Part shown: piece by piece, positions 46,766-56,919 of the stretch
How the letters are laid out: each line of letters begins with the position of its first letter
Numbering within the stretch: position 1 is the stretch's first letter
DNA from: Candidatus Riflebacteria bacterium HGW-Riflebacteria-2
Lineage (GTDB): Bacteria > Muiribacteriota > Ozemobacteria > Ozemobacterales > Ozemobacteraceae
Assembly (NCBI GenBank): GCA_002839435.1
Contig: PGYA01000006.1
Location: 50,132 to 114,131 of the forward strand
DNA length: 64,000 nucleotides
Direction: 5' to 3'
Made by a program: the position numbers and the translations under genes
Notes under the pieces: generated by a model
What the model was told of the DNA's origin: nothing
What the model saw: only the letters and a program-made list of their open reading frames with translations
Database searches by the model: none

Positions 46766-47513
46766 CATAAAAGTTCAAACATACGCCGGCACACCCCTTA
46801 TCAGGGGTTTTGCCGGCGTTTTGTTGTTTTTATTTGTGCTGACAACCAGTTTGCCGGCCTGTGACATGAGCTCATTCGTGCAGTCGGAATTCGCCGAGCG
46901 CTGCCAGTTGCTGCTAGACCTCTGCGAGAAAGCAGATCTGGCAAGAAATCTTGGGCACCCCGACTTAACAGATTACAACAATGCCTTGAGCCGCGAATGG
47001 ATCAGGTTTTTTCTTGCGCACGGCAATCACGTCAATATTCCGCCAACACTTTCTTTCATTGCAACTGACAGCTGGAACGCCGCGATAGACGAAGTCGGCA
47101 ATGCCATTGCTGGCCTGATCAAGACCGGCCTCGAGCGTGAGCGCATGAACCGCCTCAGATTCAGGGTAATACTGATGAAAGAGCCACAACGCATTGAATC
47201 GCTGCAAAAGATGTTTGCCGGTCGCCGTCAATTCATAGACAGCAAGGAAATCGGTCCTGACAAAGAGAAGTGGTTAGAGCAAGCTCTTATATTGCCGGCC
47301 ATTGCCCTTAACGACCAACTCGGAGAGAACCCGGAACTGCAGCATCAGCTGCAAACCGAGGTAAGTTCACATATCGAGACCTTGCAACGTATTCTCGAAC
47401 ATGAAAAACAGGGCAGCGACAAAGAAGTAGTCGCGGCCCTGTTTGCCAGCCTGCAGCAGGAAATCAATTTCGACATGGCCTTCTGGGAAAGCCTGTTCTT
47501 CTACAATACCTGA
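46734..47513 (+). CDS. Secreted helical hypothetical protein, paralog of 58637-59386; start uncertain
   Basis: Hydrophobic stretch then PA-CD; WIRF...PP....W...DE pattern. Confidence 0.65.
   Translation: MFLKSKKTATDIKVQTYAGTPLIRGFAGVLLFLFVLTTSLPACDMSSFVQSEFAERCQLLLDLCEKADLARNLGHPDLTDYNNALSREWIRFFLAHGNHVNIPPTLSFIATDSWNAAIDEVGNAIAGLIKTGLERERMNRLRFRVILMKEPQRIESLQKMFAGRRQFIDSKEIGPDKEKWLEQALILPAIALNDQLGENPELQHQLQTEVSSHIETLQRILEHEKQGSDKEVVAALFASLQQEINFDMAFWESLFFYNT
46783..46830 (+). terminator. Intrinsic terminator after the pilin operon
   Basis: ACGCCGGCA.ACCCCT / AGGGGT..TGCCGGCGT hairpin followed by TTTGTTGTTTT. Confidence 0.6.
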
Positions 47514-48886
47514 TAGTCGCTCTGCTTGGTCTTTTCGCTGTCATCAGCAAAAAGTGCCTCAAGAAACAGTTCAGGCTCGAACGGCATCAGGTCATCCATC
47601 TTCTCGCCAACACCAATAAATTTGACCGGCGCACTTATCTGCTCTTCAACAGCAAAGAGAACGCCGCCTTTGGCAGTACCGTCAAGCTTGGTAACTACCA
47701 GACCTGAAATTGGCAGAGCCTCTTTAAATTGTTTGGCCTGCTGCACCGCATTCTGACCGGTTGTAGCATCGAGCACGAGAAGAATCTCATGCGGACCTCC
47801 ATCGCTTTCTTTTTCAGCGATTTTTTGAATCTTTTTAAGCTCTGCCATCAGGTTGGCTTTAACATGCATACGGCCGGCGGTATCAACAATCAGCAGATCA
47901 GCCTCGCGTTTTTTAGCGGCATGAATAGCGTCGAATACAAGTGCGCCAGGGTCGCCACCCTCACTGCCCCTGATGACTTCAACGCCAACGCGCTCACCCC
48001 AGATTGAAATCTGGTCAATTGCCGCCGCCCGGAAAGTATCGCCGGCAGCCAGAACAACCTTCTTGCCATCTTTAACAAAACGCCGTGCCAGCTTGGCAAT
48101 GGTTGTCGTTTTACCGACTCCGTTAACGCCGATAACCAAAAACACAGTCAATCCATTCGGGTTAAAAACCGCCGCAGAAGAGAATCTGGTCAGCATACCA
48201 CGCAGCTGGTCGCGCAATATTTCGTAGATCTTCGCGGGCTCAGTGATATCTTCTTCTTCCACCTTCTTGTGCAGATAAGTAAGGAGCTCCTGAGTGGTCT
48301 TTACCCCCACATCAGCTTCAAACAGAGCCTCTTCGAGCTCATCGAGAAGATTGCCATCTATCTTTGTGCTGCCAAGAACAAGCTTTTTAAGCCTGCCGAC
48401 AAAACCGCTCCGGGTCTTGGTCAATCCATTTTTCAGGCGCTGAAACCATGACAGCTCTGGTTCGGGTTCTTCGACCAAAGCAGCAGGAGCAACCGGCGCG
48501 GCAGGCTCAGCAATTTTAACCGGCTCAACTGACTTTTCGACAACGGCGGGTTCAGCGGTTGGCGGCGCTTCTAATACCGCTTTTTCAGCCATTGGCGGGA
48601 CTGAAATTGTCTCTTTTTTCTCATCATCCGCATCGATCGCAGTCGTATCGTCGAATACTTCAAAAGGCACCAGCCATGCGAAAAGCAGCAGAGTAATGCC
48701 AGCCAGACCGGTAACCCCGGCCACTATCATCTGTGAAGGGCCGGCCTGATAGTAAATCAGTAAGCCCTCGATCAACAGACTGAGACCGATCAGAAGAACT
48801 ATTATCCGTGATTCATCCCATTGTCGGGAATAAACGACCTGGTCGCCCGCGGTTTCAGTCTGGGTCTTTTGAAGTTCGTCGCTCAT
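47501..48886 (-). CDS. ftsY: Signal recognition particle receptor FtsY with N-terminal TM segments
   Basis: [39 protein letters not shown] and GVGE motifs. Confidence 0.97.
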   Translation of the reverse strand: MSDELQKTQTETAGDQVVYSRQWDESRIIVLLIGLSLLIEGLLIYYQAGPSQMIVAGVTGLAGITLLLFAWLVPFEVFDDTTAIDADDEKKETISVPPMAEKAVLEAPPTAEPAVVEKSVEPVKIAEPAAPVAPAALVEEPEPELSWFQRLKNGLTKTRSGFVGRLKKLVLGSTKIDGNLLDELEEALFEADVGVKTTQELLTYLHKKVEEEDITEPAKIYEILRDQLRGMLTRFSSAAVFNPNGLTVFLVIGVNGVGKTTTIAKLARRFVKDGKKVVLAAGDTFRAAAIDQISIWGERVGVEVIRGSEGGDPGALVFDAIHAAKKREADLLIVDTAGRMHVKANLMAELKKIQKIAEKESDGGPHEILLVLDATTGQNAVQQAKQFKEALPISGLVVTKLDGTAKGGVLFAVEEQISAPVKFIGVGEKMDDLMPFEPELFLEALFADDSEKTKQSDYQVL

Positions 48887-51800
48887 TGCAAATTCTCCTC
48901 TGAGGCCGCCGAAGCCACCAGCGGAATGTTTCTGCCGCTGACCTGACCTGATTTGCCTACAGTAAATTCCTTGATTTTGTTCTCATCTTCGAGCCGTATC
49001 GATATTGGCCGTGATATGCCAGATTTCTGAAGAGTTACACCGTAAATTACATCGACAGCCTGCATGGTTTCCTTGTTGTGAGTAATAACGATAAACTGGG
49101 TTTTATCGGCAAAGCTGCGCAACATCCGGTTAAAGCGACGGACATTCGATTCATCGAGCGCGGCTTCGACCTCGTCGAGCAGACAGAATGCCGGCGGTTT
49201 TACCTGCAGAATTGAAAACAACAGAGCCAACGATATCAGCGACTTTTCGCCGCCCGAAAAAAGTTCGAGCGTCGACAGCTTTTTACCAGGCAGACGACAG
49301 GTGATATCAACATCGCTTTCGAGCGGGTTGTCCTTGTCGCTGAGTTTCAGCATACCGCTGCCGCCCGGAAACAGTATCTCAAAAATATCGTTGAAAGCGC
49401 TGTTGATCTGCGCAAAAGTTTCGAGAAAGCGTTCAGAAGATATCTTCTCGATCTCGGCAATGACCTGTTCGAGCGAATCGGCGGCCTCACTGAGATCGGC
49501 GACCTGAGAATTCAAAAAATCATAACGCTCGCGCGTCTTTTCGTAATCTTCGATCGCCAACGGGTTAACCGGTTCGAGCAGTTCCTGTTCGAACTTGCGC
49601 TGGGTCGTGCGCCCGACCAGTTCATCGCGGCTTTCGTATTTGTGCATATTGATGGTAAGATCGTTAAGGTCGAGACCAAACTCGCCGCTGAGAATGCCTT
49701 CCTTAGTGCTGATATGGGTCTTGACTTCGGCCATCTTGATATCAAGTTCAGAAAGCTTTTTGCGGGTTGAATCTTCGATGCGCACGCGGCTTTGATAAGC
49801 ATGATCGAGCTGATCGAGTTCTTTCGACATCCGGCGGTATTCGCTTTGAATGTCTGCCATAGCGTTTTCCAGCGCTTCACGATGCTTTTCGAATTCATCG
49901 ATCTCCTTCTGGAGCAGGGTCACTTTGCCATCACCCTCGCCACTCAAAACCTTGAGTCTCTCAACTTCGCCACTTGCGCGGTCTTTGCGATCCTGCGCAT
50001 CTTTGCGGCGGCGACTGGCATTATCAATTTCCTTGCGCACCGCCTTCTTGCGCTCGACTACCTGCGCCAGTTCAAGCTTGCGCTCGCCAAGCATGCCGGT
50101 AAGAGCAGTCAGACGGCTCTGAATTGATTCTTCACGACCACTCAATGAATTCAGACGCCCGCTGAGTTCGGCATCCTGCGTCTCGAAGAAGGTAAGCTCT
50201 TCCGATGCCTTTTCGATTTCTTCGCGCAGAGTGGCAAGACGCGAGGTCATTTCACTGCGGTCGCGCGCAATATTGGTATATTCTTCGTTGCGGGTGCTCA
50301 GCTCAGCCTTGAACTGATCGATCTGGCGACCAAAGAAACCGATCGACTGCTCGCGCCGCATGATCTCGTCTTCGCGGGCACGCGTTGAACTCTGCAGCTG
50401 CTGGCGCTCCTTTTGCAGATTGGCAACCAGAGAGCGCAATTTGCTTTCTTTGGCGGTAAACGCCTTGAGCTTGCTTTCGAGCTCTTCCTGTTCGCGTTTG
50501 CGGGAAAGAATGCCGACCGACTTGCGTGCTTCGCCGCCACCGGTGAGCGCGCCGGATGAGCGCACGATTTCACCATCGAGCGTGACGATACGATTAAAAT
50601 TGCGGTTATTGCGTGCGAATTCAACTGCATTGTCAAGGTTGTCAAAAATCAGTATGCGACCGAGCAGGTTGCTCATTACCGTGTAAAACCTGGCATCGAA
50701 CTGAATCAGTTCGAGAGCCACGCCGACGCAGCCTTTAACGCCGGGATTTGCCACGGTCGGAGGCGCGGTGATCATATCGAGAGGCAGAAAAGTTGCACGC
50801 CCGGCCTTGTTTTCTTTGAGTATCGCAATCGCCCGCTTGGCCGTCTCAGCGTCACGAGTGACGATATCCTGAATGCTTGCGCCAAGAGCGGTTTCGAAAG
50901 CCATTTCGTAACCCTGCGGCACCTTGATGAGATCGCCGATTATGCCGAAGATATCGGGCAGACGGCCAGTTTCCTTGAGTGCCAGCGCAGCCTGTACGCC
51001 GCGATAAATGCCGCTTTCGCTGCTATGACGAAGTTCTTCGAGCATATTGCTGCGGGCGTTAAGAATTTTGATCTGGTCAGTGGCAGCGTTAAGCTCTTCT
51101 TCATTCCGGCGGCATTCGCTATCGATCTTGTTGAGGCGCGCAACTTCTTCGTTCTGACGGACGCGGTTCTCTTCAACTTCGGACTTCATGGTAGCGATTT
51201 CTTTTTCGAGCCGGTCGATCTGAGCTTTAAGATTATCGACGTGCGCCCGGGCCGAAGCGACATCAGATTCACCTTTCTCGAGCTGACGCTCGAGAATCTG
51301 AACCTGAGCCTGAGCTGTCGTAATGCGGTTCTTACGGTCGGCCAGCTTGACTGCTATCTGAAAGGCAGAATCCTTGTCGTTAGCCTGTTCCTTGAGATGT
51401 TTCTCAAGCTCTGAGCGCACGCTCGCGATACTGCCTTCGACCTCAGACATGGTCGAGCCGATCTCGATTTCACGCGCTTCCTCGTCTTTAAGGCGGTTCT
51501 CGGCATCAGAAATTTCCTGGCCACCGTCAAGCAGCATGGTTTCGATGCCTTCGATTTCTTCGAGTATTGCCTGGCAGCGGGCCTGCTGACTGCGAATATC
51601 TTCGCGCAGAACTCCGACCTGTTTGCGACGGTCGTCGATCTGCAATGTTACGACCTTGACTTCGTCCTGACGCGTCTTAAGGATCTCTTCGAACTCGGCG
51701 AATCTGACGCGGGCATCAGCCTTTTTGCTGTCGACCTCAGCCAGAAACTTTTCGATTTCTTCGATCTTGGCCAGCAGTCCAAGCCGCATCGAGTTGATAT

Positions 51801-52527
51801 TCTCCTGCTCGGAATAATATTGGTTGAGATCGAAAAGAATCAGGTCAATTTCGAGCTGTCTTATCTCAGATGCCAGCGCCTGATATTTGCGGGTCTTTTC
51901 AGCCTGCTCGGCGAGAGGGCCAAGCTGAGACTCGATTTCGCTGATGATGTCGTTGAGGCGGGTGATATTGGTGCGGGTGTGGCCAAGCTTGGTCAATGTG
52001 TTCTGTTTGCGGTGCTTGAACTTGGTTATACCGGCGGCTTCTTCGATCAAGGTGCGGCGCGACTGCGTGCGCTGAAAAACGATGTCTTCGATGTCGCCCT
52101 GGCCGATGACCGAATAACCATCTTTACCAATACCGGTATCCATGAGCATTTCCTTGATTTCAGAAAGCAGCGTGCGTCCGTTATTGACAAAATAGTTGCT
52201 CTCACCCGACCGGAAAAGCTGGCGGCCAATACTGACTTCTGAATAATCCATGGGCATGGCGCGATCTTCATTGTCGAGAACCAGCTTTACCTGCGAAAAA
52301 GCGGCCGGTCTGAACTCAGCTGAACCGGCAAAGATAACTTCCGACATCTTGGTGCCACGCAAGGCTTTTGCGCTCTGTTCGCCGAGAACCCAGCGTATTG
52401 CATCACAGACGTTGCTCTTGCCTGAACCATTGGGACCAATTATTGCGGTTATACCTGGCTGAAAATCAAAAACTGTCTTGCGGCCGAAAGACTTAAAGCC
52501 CATCAGCTCAAGTGACTTGAGATACAT
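48883..52527 (-). CDS. smc: Chromosome segregation protein SMC
   Basis: MYLKSLELMGFKSF, GPNGSGKSN, hinge GRATFLPL, FSGGEK and LLDEVEAALD; start at ATG 52527. Confidence 0.98.
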   Translation of the reverse strand: MYLKSLELMGFKSFGRKTVFDFQPGITAIIGPNGSGKSNVCDAIRWVLGEQSAKALRGTKMSEVIFAGSAEFRPAAFSQVKLVLDNEDRAMPMDYSEVSIGRQLFRSGESNYFVNNGRTLLSEIKEMLMDTGIGKDGYSVIGQGDIEDIVFQRTQSRRTLIEEAAGITKFKHRKQNTLTKLGHTRTNITRLNDIISEIESQLGPLAEQAEKTRKYQALASEIRQLEIDLILFDLNQYYSEQENINSMRLGLLAKIEEIEKFLAEVDSKKADARVRFAEFEEILKTRQDEVKVVTLQIDDRRKQVGVLREDIRSQQARCQAILEEIEGIETMLLDGGQEISDAENRLKDEEAREIEIGSTMSEVEGSIASVRSELEKHLKEQANDKDSAFQIAVKLADRKNRITTAQAQVQILERQLEKGESDVASARAHVDNLKAQIDRLEKEIATMKSEVEENRVRQNEEVARLNKIDSECRRNEEELNAATDQIKILNARSNMLEELRHSSESGIYRGVQAALALKETGRLPDIFGIIGDLIKVPQGYEMAFETALGASIQDIVTRDAETAKRAIAILKENKAGRATFLPLDMITAPPTVANPGVKGCVGVALELIQFDARFYTVMSNLLGRILIFDNLDNAVEFARNNRNFNRIVTLDGEIVRSSGALTGGGEARKSVGILSRKREQEELESKLKAFTAKESKLRSLVANLQKERQQLQSSTRAREDEIMRREQSIGFFGRQIDQFKAELSTRNEEYTNIARDRSEMTSRLATLREEIEKASEELTFFETQDAELSGRLNSLSGREESIQSRLTALTGMLGERKLELAQVVERKKAVRKEIDNASRRRKDAQDRKDRASGEVERLKVLSGEGDGKVTLLQKEIDEFEKHREALENAMADIQSEYRRMSKELDQLDHAYQSRVRIEDSTRKKLSELDIKMAEVKTHISTKEGILSGEFGLDLNDLTINMHKYESRDELVGRTTQRKFEQELLEPVNPLAIEDYEKTRERYDFLNSQVADLSEAADSLEQVIAEIEKISSERFLETFAQINSAFNDIFEILFPGGSGMLKLSDKDNPLESDVDITCRLPGKKLSTLELFSGGEKSLISLALLFSILQVKPPAFCLLDEVEAALDESNVRRFNRMLRSFADKTQFIVITHNKETMQAVDVIYGVTLQKSGISRPISIRLEDENKIKEFTVGKSGQVSGRNIPLVASAASEENLQ

Positions 52528-52792
52528 GTTTGTTCGCCTGTTCCTTTGCGCAGGATAATATGATGTTTGACCAATATATATGCCACATTTCGCCGCAAAA
52601 TAACAGTCCTTATCGCAATTTTTGCTGACAGGCCGCAAGTCCCATGTGTTCTGGCTGTACGCAAACGGCATGAATTTGTTGTTGCAGTGCCGGCTGATGT
52701 CGTGTTAGGATGCAGACGTGAGCCAGTGTGGCTGATTTTATCGACTTAGCTGTAGAACCTCACCGAACCCATAACACAAGGACCATCAGCAC

Positions 52793-52942
52793 ATGGAATA
52801 TGATCAGAACGAAAAAAATGACGAAAATCAGGACCAGCAGACGCCGCAATTCGACCCTGCCGGTGAAACCAAGAAAAAACTGCTGTTCTTCGTTTTTGCT
52901 ATAGTAGTTGTCGTGGCCGCCAAATATCTTCTCGGTCTGTAA
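52793..52942 (+). CDS. Small (49 aa) C-terminally anchored membrane protein, not in the ORF track
   Basis: MEYDQNEKNDENQDQQTPQFDPAGETKKKLLFFVFAIVVVVAAKYLLGL; AAGGA RBS; hairpin CTGCCGGC/GCCGGCAG just downstream. Confidence 0.65.
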   Translation: MEYDQNEKNDENQDQQTPQFDPAGETKKKLLFFVFAIVVVVAAKYLLGL

Positions 52943-53143
52943 ACACGAAAAATTTCCTGCCGGCCATTTTAAGCGCCGGCAGCCAATTACACTCTCTCTT
53001 TTTGTCTGATCGCTTTTGCGTGTGTTTTTTTGCGCCCGGGTAAACCGAAAAAGTTCTCTGAGCTGGCGTCAGAAATTTTGGAAACTGACGGCGGCATGTG
53101 CTAAACTGCAAAAAAACACAGAAAAACCTCAGGAGGTTTGAAT

Positions 53144-55417
53144 ATGCCCGTTGTAGGGAAACCTGTACCGCGCAAAGATGCCCTTGACAAGCTCAAAGGG
53201 CTAGCTAAGTACATCGACGATTATAATTTTTCAGACATACTGCACATATTCACAGTGCGCTCGCCGCACGCATCCGGGCGACTCAAAAGTATCGATAAAA
53301 GCGCCGCCGAAAGAATGCCCGGTGTAGTCGGAGTCATTACGGCCGATCAGGTTCCCGGCAAAAACGCAGTCCCGCTGGTGCTTCAGGATGAGCCTTTTCT
53401 GGCTCAGGACTACGTACGTTTTCATGGTGAACCAGTAGCGCTTGTTGTCGCTGAAAGCTATGAAGAAGCCCAGGCTGCTGCAGCAATGGTTACCATGGAG
53501 ATCGAACCAATCAAACCGCTTCTCAGCATAAGAGAAGCGATTGCCGAATCAGCACCTAAGATATACGGCAGCGACAACGTATTCAGCCACTACAATGTCG
53601 AAAAAGGCAACGCCGAAGAAGCAATGAAATCGGCAAAACACGTATTCGAACAGGAATACGAAACTCCTTATCAGGAACACGCCTACCTCGAAACCAATGG
53701 GGTTATTGCTGTTCCAGGCATAGAAGGCACCATGACGGTTTATGGCACCATGCAGTGCCCCTTTTACGTGCATGATGCGGTAGCCCAGGCGCTTGGTCGC
53801 GAACGCAACCAGGTCAGAATAGTACAAACTACAACTGGTGGCGGTTTTGGTGGCAAGGAAGATTTTCCTTCGGTAGTCGCCGGTCAGGCTGCGATAGTTG
53901 CGCAGCTATATAATCGCCCGGCCAAGCTTATCTACAAACGTGAAGAAGATATCATCGCCAGTTCCAAACGGCATCCCGGGCTGATCAAAATGAAGATCGG
54001 CACCGATGACAAGGGCAAAATAACTGCGGCTCTGATCGATTATTACGTTGATGGCGGCGCCTATTCGACGCTCACTCCGATCGTGCTCTGGCGCGGCACT
54101 GTGCATGCGCTCGGGCCCTATGAATGCGACGACATTCATATCAGATCGTGGGGGGTTGCGACGAACAAGGTTCCCTGCGGTGCCTACCGCGGGTTTGGTT
54201 CGCCGCAGGTGATTTTCGCCGGCGAATCGATGATCGATGAAATTGCCACCGCCCTGAACATCGACCCGGTTGAAATAAGGCGGATCAATGGCTATAAGGT
54301 CGGTTCGAGCACGGCAACCAGTCAGATCATCGACCAGTCATGCGGCCTGATGGAAACTATCGATAAAGCCAGTGCCAAAGCCGACTGGAATGGCAAATGG
54401 CAGAAACCCGAGCAACGCAGCGGGAACCTGCGTAAGGGCGTCGGGGTTTCGACCGTATATTATGGTGTCGGGCTCGGTGCCGGCGGCAAACATCTTGATC
54501 GCGCTGGAACCAGCATAACAATTATGAAAGACGGCTCGGTTCACTGTGCCATCGGCAACGTAGAAATGGGCCAGGGCGCCCGCACTGTTTTGGCACAAAT
54601 CGCCGCCGACGCGCTTGGTGCGCCATTTGAGCTGGTAAATGTTGTGGAGACCGATACCAATCTGGTTCCGGATTCAGGGCCAACAGTTGCCAGCCGCACC
54701 ACCTTCATGTCGGGCAATTCTTTGATGCTGGCGTCAGAGCAGCTGCGTCCGCGTCTGCTACAGGCGGCTGCCATTCTGCTTGGCGCACCCGGCAGCGAGG
54801 CAGTAGAACTTGTCGATGGCAAGGCTTTCCTTAAAGCCGAACCGAACGGCAAGCAGATCGGCTTCAAGGAACTTTGCGAAAAGCTATATGCAGAAAGGCT
54901 TATGCCCAGCGCCTTCGGCTGGTTCATCGCGCCGGACTCCTCTTACGACAAGGATACCGGTCAGGGCAACGCTTATTTTGTTTACAGCTACTGCACTAAT
55001 GTCGCCGAAGTTGAAGTCGATATGGAAACCGGTGAATTCAAAGTTACCCGCATCACTTCTGCGCACGATATGGGCAAGGCCATCAATCCGCAGCAGGTCG
55101 AGGGTCAGATCGAGGGCGGCACTCTGCAGGGCATGGGCTATGCGACCATGGAAGAGATACGCCACGACGCAAACGGGCGTATGCTCAACAATGCCTTTGC
55201 CACCTACATTCTGCCGACCACTGAGGACACACCTGAAATTGACCCGATCATCGTCGAGCATGCTTACGACCGCGGGCCTTATGGCGCCAAGGGGTTTGGC
55301 GAAGTGCCGCTGATGGGAATTGCCCCGGCGATTGCCAATGCCGTTTACAACGCGACCGGCATAAGAATACGCAAACTGCCGATCAAACCTGAAAAAATAC
55401 TGGGACTCGATGAATAA
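53144..55417 (+). CDS. Xanthine dehydrogenase family molybdopterin-binding subunit
   Basis: QEHAYLE, GGGFGGK, AYRGFGSPQ, GQG, ASR, GQIEGG and GAKGFGE motifs; AGGAGG RBS. Confidence 0.93.
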   Translation: MPVVGKPVPRKDALDKLKGLAKYIDDYNFSDILHIFTVRSPHASGRLKSIDKSAAERMPGVVGVITADQVPGKNAVPLVLQDEPFLAQDYVRFHGEPVALVVAESYEEAQAAAAMVTMEIEPIKPLLSIREAIAESAPKIYGSDNVFSHYNVEKGNAEEAMKSAKHVFEQEYETPYQEHAYLETNGVIAVPGIEGTMTVYGTMQCPFYVHDAVAQALGRERNQVRIVQTTTGGGFGGKEDFPSVVAGQAAIVAQLYNRPAKLIYKREEDIIASSKRHPGLIKMKIGTDDKGKITAALIDYYVDGGAYSTLTPIVLWRGTVHALGPYECDDIHIRSWGVATNKVPCGAYRGFGSPQVIFAGESMIDEIATALNIDPVEIRRINGYKVGSSTATSQIIDQSCGLMETIDKASAKADWNGKWQKPEQRSGNLRKGVGVSTVYYGVGLGAGGKHLDRAGTSITIMKDGSVHCAIGNVEMGQGARTVLAQIAADALGAPFELVNVVETDTNLVPDSGPTVASRTTFMSGNSLMLASEQLRPRLLQAAAILLGAPGSEAVELVDGKAFLKAEPNGKQIGFKELCEKLYAERLMPSAFGWFIAPDSSYDKDTGQGNAYFVYSYCTNVAEVEVDMETGEFKVTRITSAHDMGKAINPQQVEGQIEGGTLQGMGYATMEEIRHDANGRMLNNAFATYILPTTEDTPEIDPIIVEHAYDRGPYGAKGFGEVPLMGIAPAIANAVYNATGIRIRKLPIKPEKILGLDE

Positions 55418-55425
55418 AGTGCAAC

Positions 55426-56673
55426 ATGATTGATGACGCCAACCACAATGAAGATCAGCGGCGGGGAAACACGCAGCCGATAGAATGGAATCGCATCGCC
55501 GCGCTGGTTGCGACGGTCGCGGTGCTTTTCTTTTTCACACGCTCGGCGCCGTTCCCGGCATCGACATTCTGGGATCTGGCGCTGGCGCGAGACTTCGATC
55601 TACAGATCGGCTGGGTCTTTCTGCCAGAAACGTTGTCTCTGGCGATTGCAGATTCAACAGCTTCACTGCTTGGACTCAAGGCGGTTTTCCATATTACCTT
55701 CTTTCTGCTGTGCTGCCTGATCTGCACATGGGTATTCAAAAGCCGCGAAATCATGCCAGGTGTTCTGCTGCTGGCGGTGTTTTCGTTGTCGATGCAGTCG
55801 TATTTGAGCCTACGCATGCTTTTGCAGCTGATTTTTGTTGCCGGCACCCTGACCATACTTGACGATAACCGTCTCAAAAATAACTTCGGGGTCATTCTGA
55901 TCCCGATTACGGCAGCCGCCAGCGGTTTAAGTCTCAACAGCTGGCTGCTCGTGATTCTCGTAGCCTGTCACGCCTTCTATAACGACAAATACAGCCCAAC
56001 CCTGGTGTTGTGCGCACTTACCGGGCTGCTGTTCTTTCCCGAAGGCGCGGCAACAGCCGTCGATCGCACGTCGGTTCTCGCCTGGCAGTTCATGCCTGAA
56101 ACCGACACCCGTATCATGTATCTGCTGGCAGGCATTTTTCTGCTGATCAACCTGATTTCGCTGCATCGCCTTGGGCACGAGGATATGCCGAATCTGTTTT
56201 TCTATGCCATCACCGGTTTCATGGCGGTAATCAACCCCGCGTCAGTGCCGATTTTCATCCTTATGGGGCTTACCATGCTGCTCAAGTGTTTCAGCGAGGT
56301 TGAGCCGTTGCCGCTCAATTATCATCTAGCCGGCATTATAGCCCTGACTGCAATAATTCATCTGTTTCTTTTCGTCAACCCTTTCGGTTTCAAGCTTAAT
56401 CCAACGGTACGTGGGCAGCTCGGCAAAGACTTGTCGCCGTTGCTTGAGGGTTATATCAGCGAACAGACAGTCTACAACCACGAAATCGGCGAACTCGTCT
56501 GGAAAGGTCTGATCACCCTCAACCAGGAAGACCTGCCAGTGATTGCCAGCCAACGCGAATGGAAAATAGTAAGACTCGGCAACGGTGAATTCGAGTTGAT
56601 GCAACCGCAGAAATATTTCGAAAGAATCACCGCCCCGCTGCTGCCTGAGGATCTCCCCGAAGAATCCCACTAG
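55426..56673 (+). CDS. Polytopic membrane protein of unknown function
   Basis: About 10 hydrophobic segments; 8 bp downstream of the Mo subunit gene. Confidence 0.75.
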   Translation: MIDDANHNEDQRRGNTQPIEWNRIAALVATVAVLFFFTRSAPFPASTFWDLALARDFDLQIGWVFLPETLSLAIADSTASLLGLKAVFHITFFLLCCLICTWVFKSREIMPGVLLLAVFSLSMQSYLSLRMLLQLIFVAGTLTILDDNRLKNNFGVILIPITAAASGLSLNSWLLVILVACHAFYNDKYSPTLVLCALTGLLFFPEGAATAVDRTSVLAWQFMPETDTRIMYLLAGIFLLINLISLHRLGHEDMPNLFFYAITGFMAVINPASVPIFILMGLTMLLKCFSEVEPLPLNYHLAGIIALTAIIHLFLFVNPFGFKLNPTVRGQLGKDLSPLLEGYISEQTVYNHEIGELVWKGLITLNQEDLPVIASQREWKIVRLGNGEFELMQPQKYFERITAPLLPEDLPEESH

Positions 56674-56704
56674 TCGTCTGTCAAGATTGAATATGGGTAT
56701 GATC

Positions 56705-56792
56705 TGTCATTGCGAGGAGGGCGCCAGCCCGACGAAGCAATCTCACTGACAGAAGGATTGCTTCGTCGCTACGCTCCCTCCTCGCAATGACA
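56705..56792. repeat. Palindromic REP/RPE-like element (GTCATTGCGAG type)
   Basis: Outer arms TGTCATTGCGAGGAGGG / CCCTCCTCGCAATGACA; inner arms CGACGAAGCAATC / GATTGCTTCGTCG. Confidence 0.85.
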
Positions 56793-56850
56793 AGTTTTAT
56801 GCATGCTTTCAAATGTGACAGGGTGCGGGAAAGTTGCGTTCAGAAATTTT

Positions 56851-56883
56851 AAACCCCCGCGCCGGGAGCCGGCGCGGGGGTTT
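56851..56883. terminator. Bidirectional terminator between convergent genes
   Basis: AAACCCCCGCGCCGG-GAG-CCGGCGCGGGGGTTT. Confidence 0.8.
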
Positions 56884-56919
56884 GTTATCGGTGTAATCTG
56901 CGAAATCTGTGGATTGTCG

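Noticed and set aside
52528-52671. 48-aa N-terminal extension of SMC, and similar extensions of pcp, brxA, pglZ, XRE and the double GT in the ORF track
   Set aside because: Conserved family N-termini and RBS positions point to downstream starts
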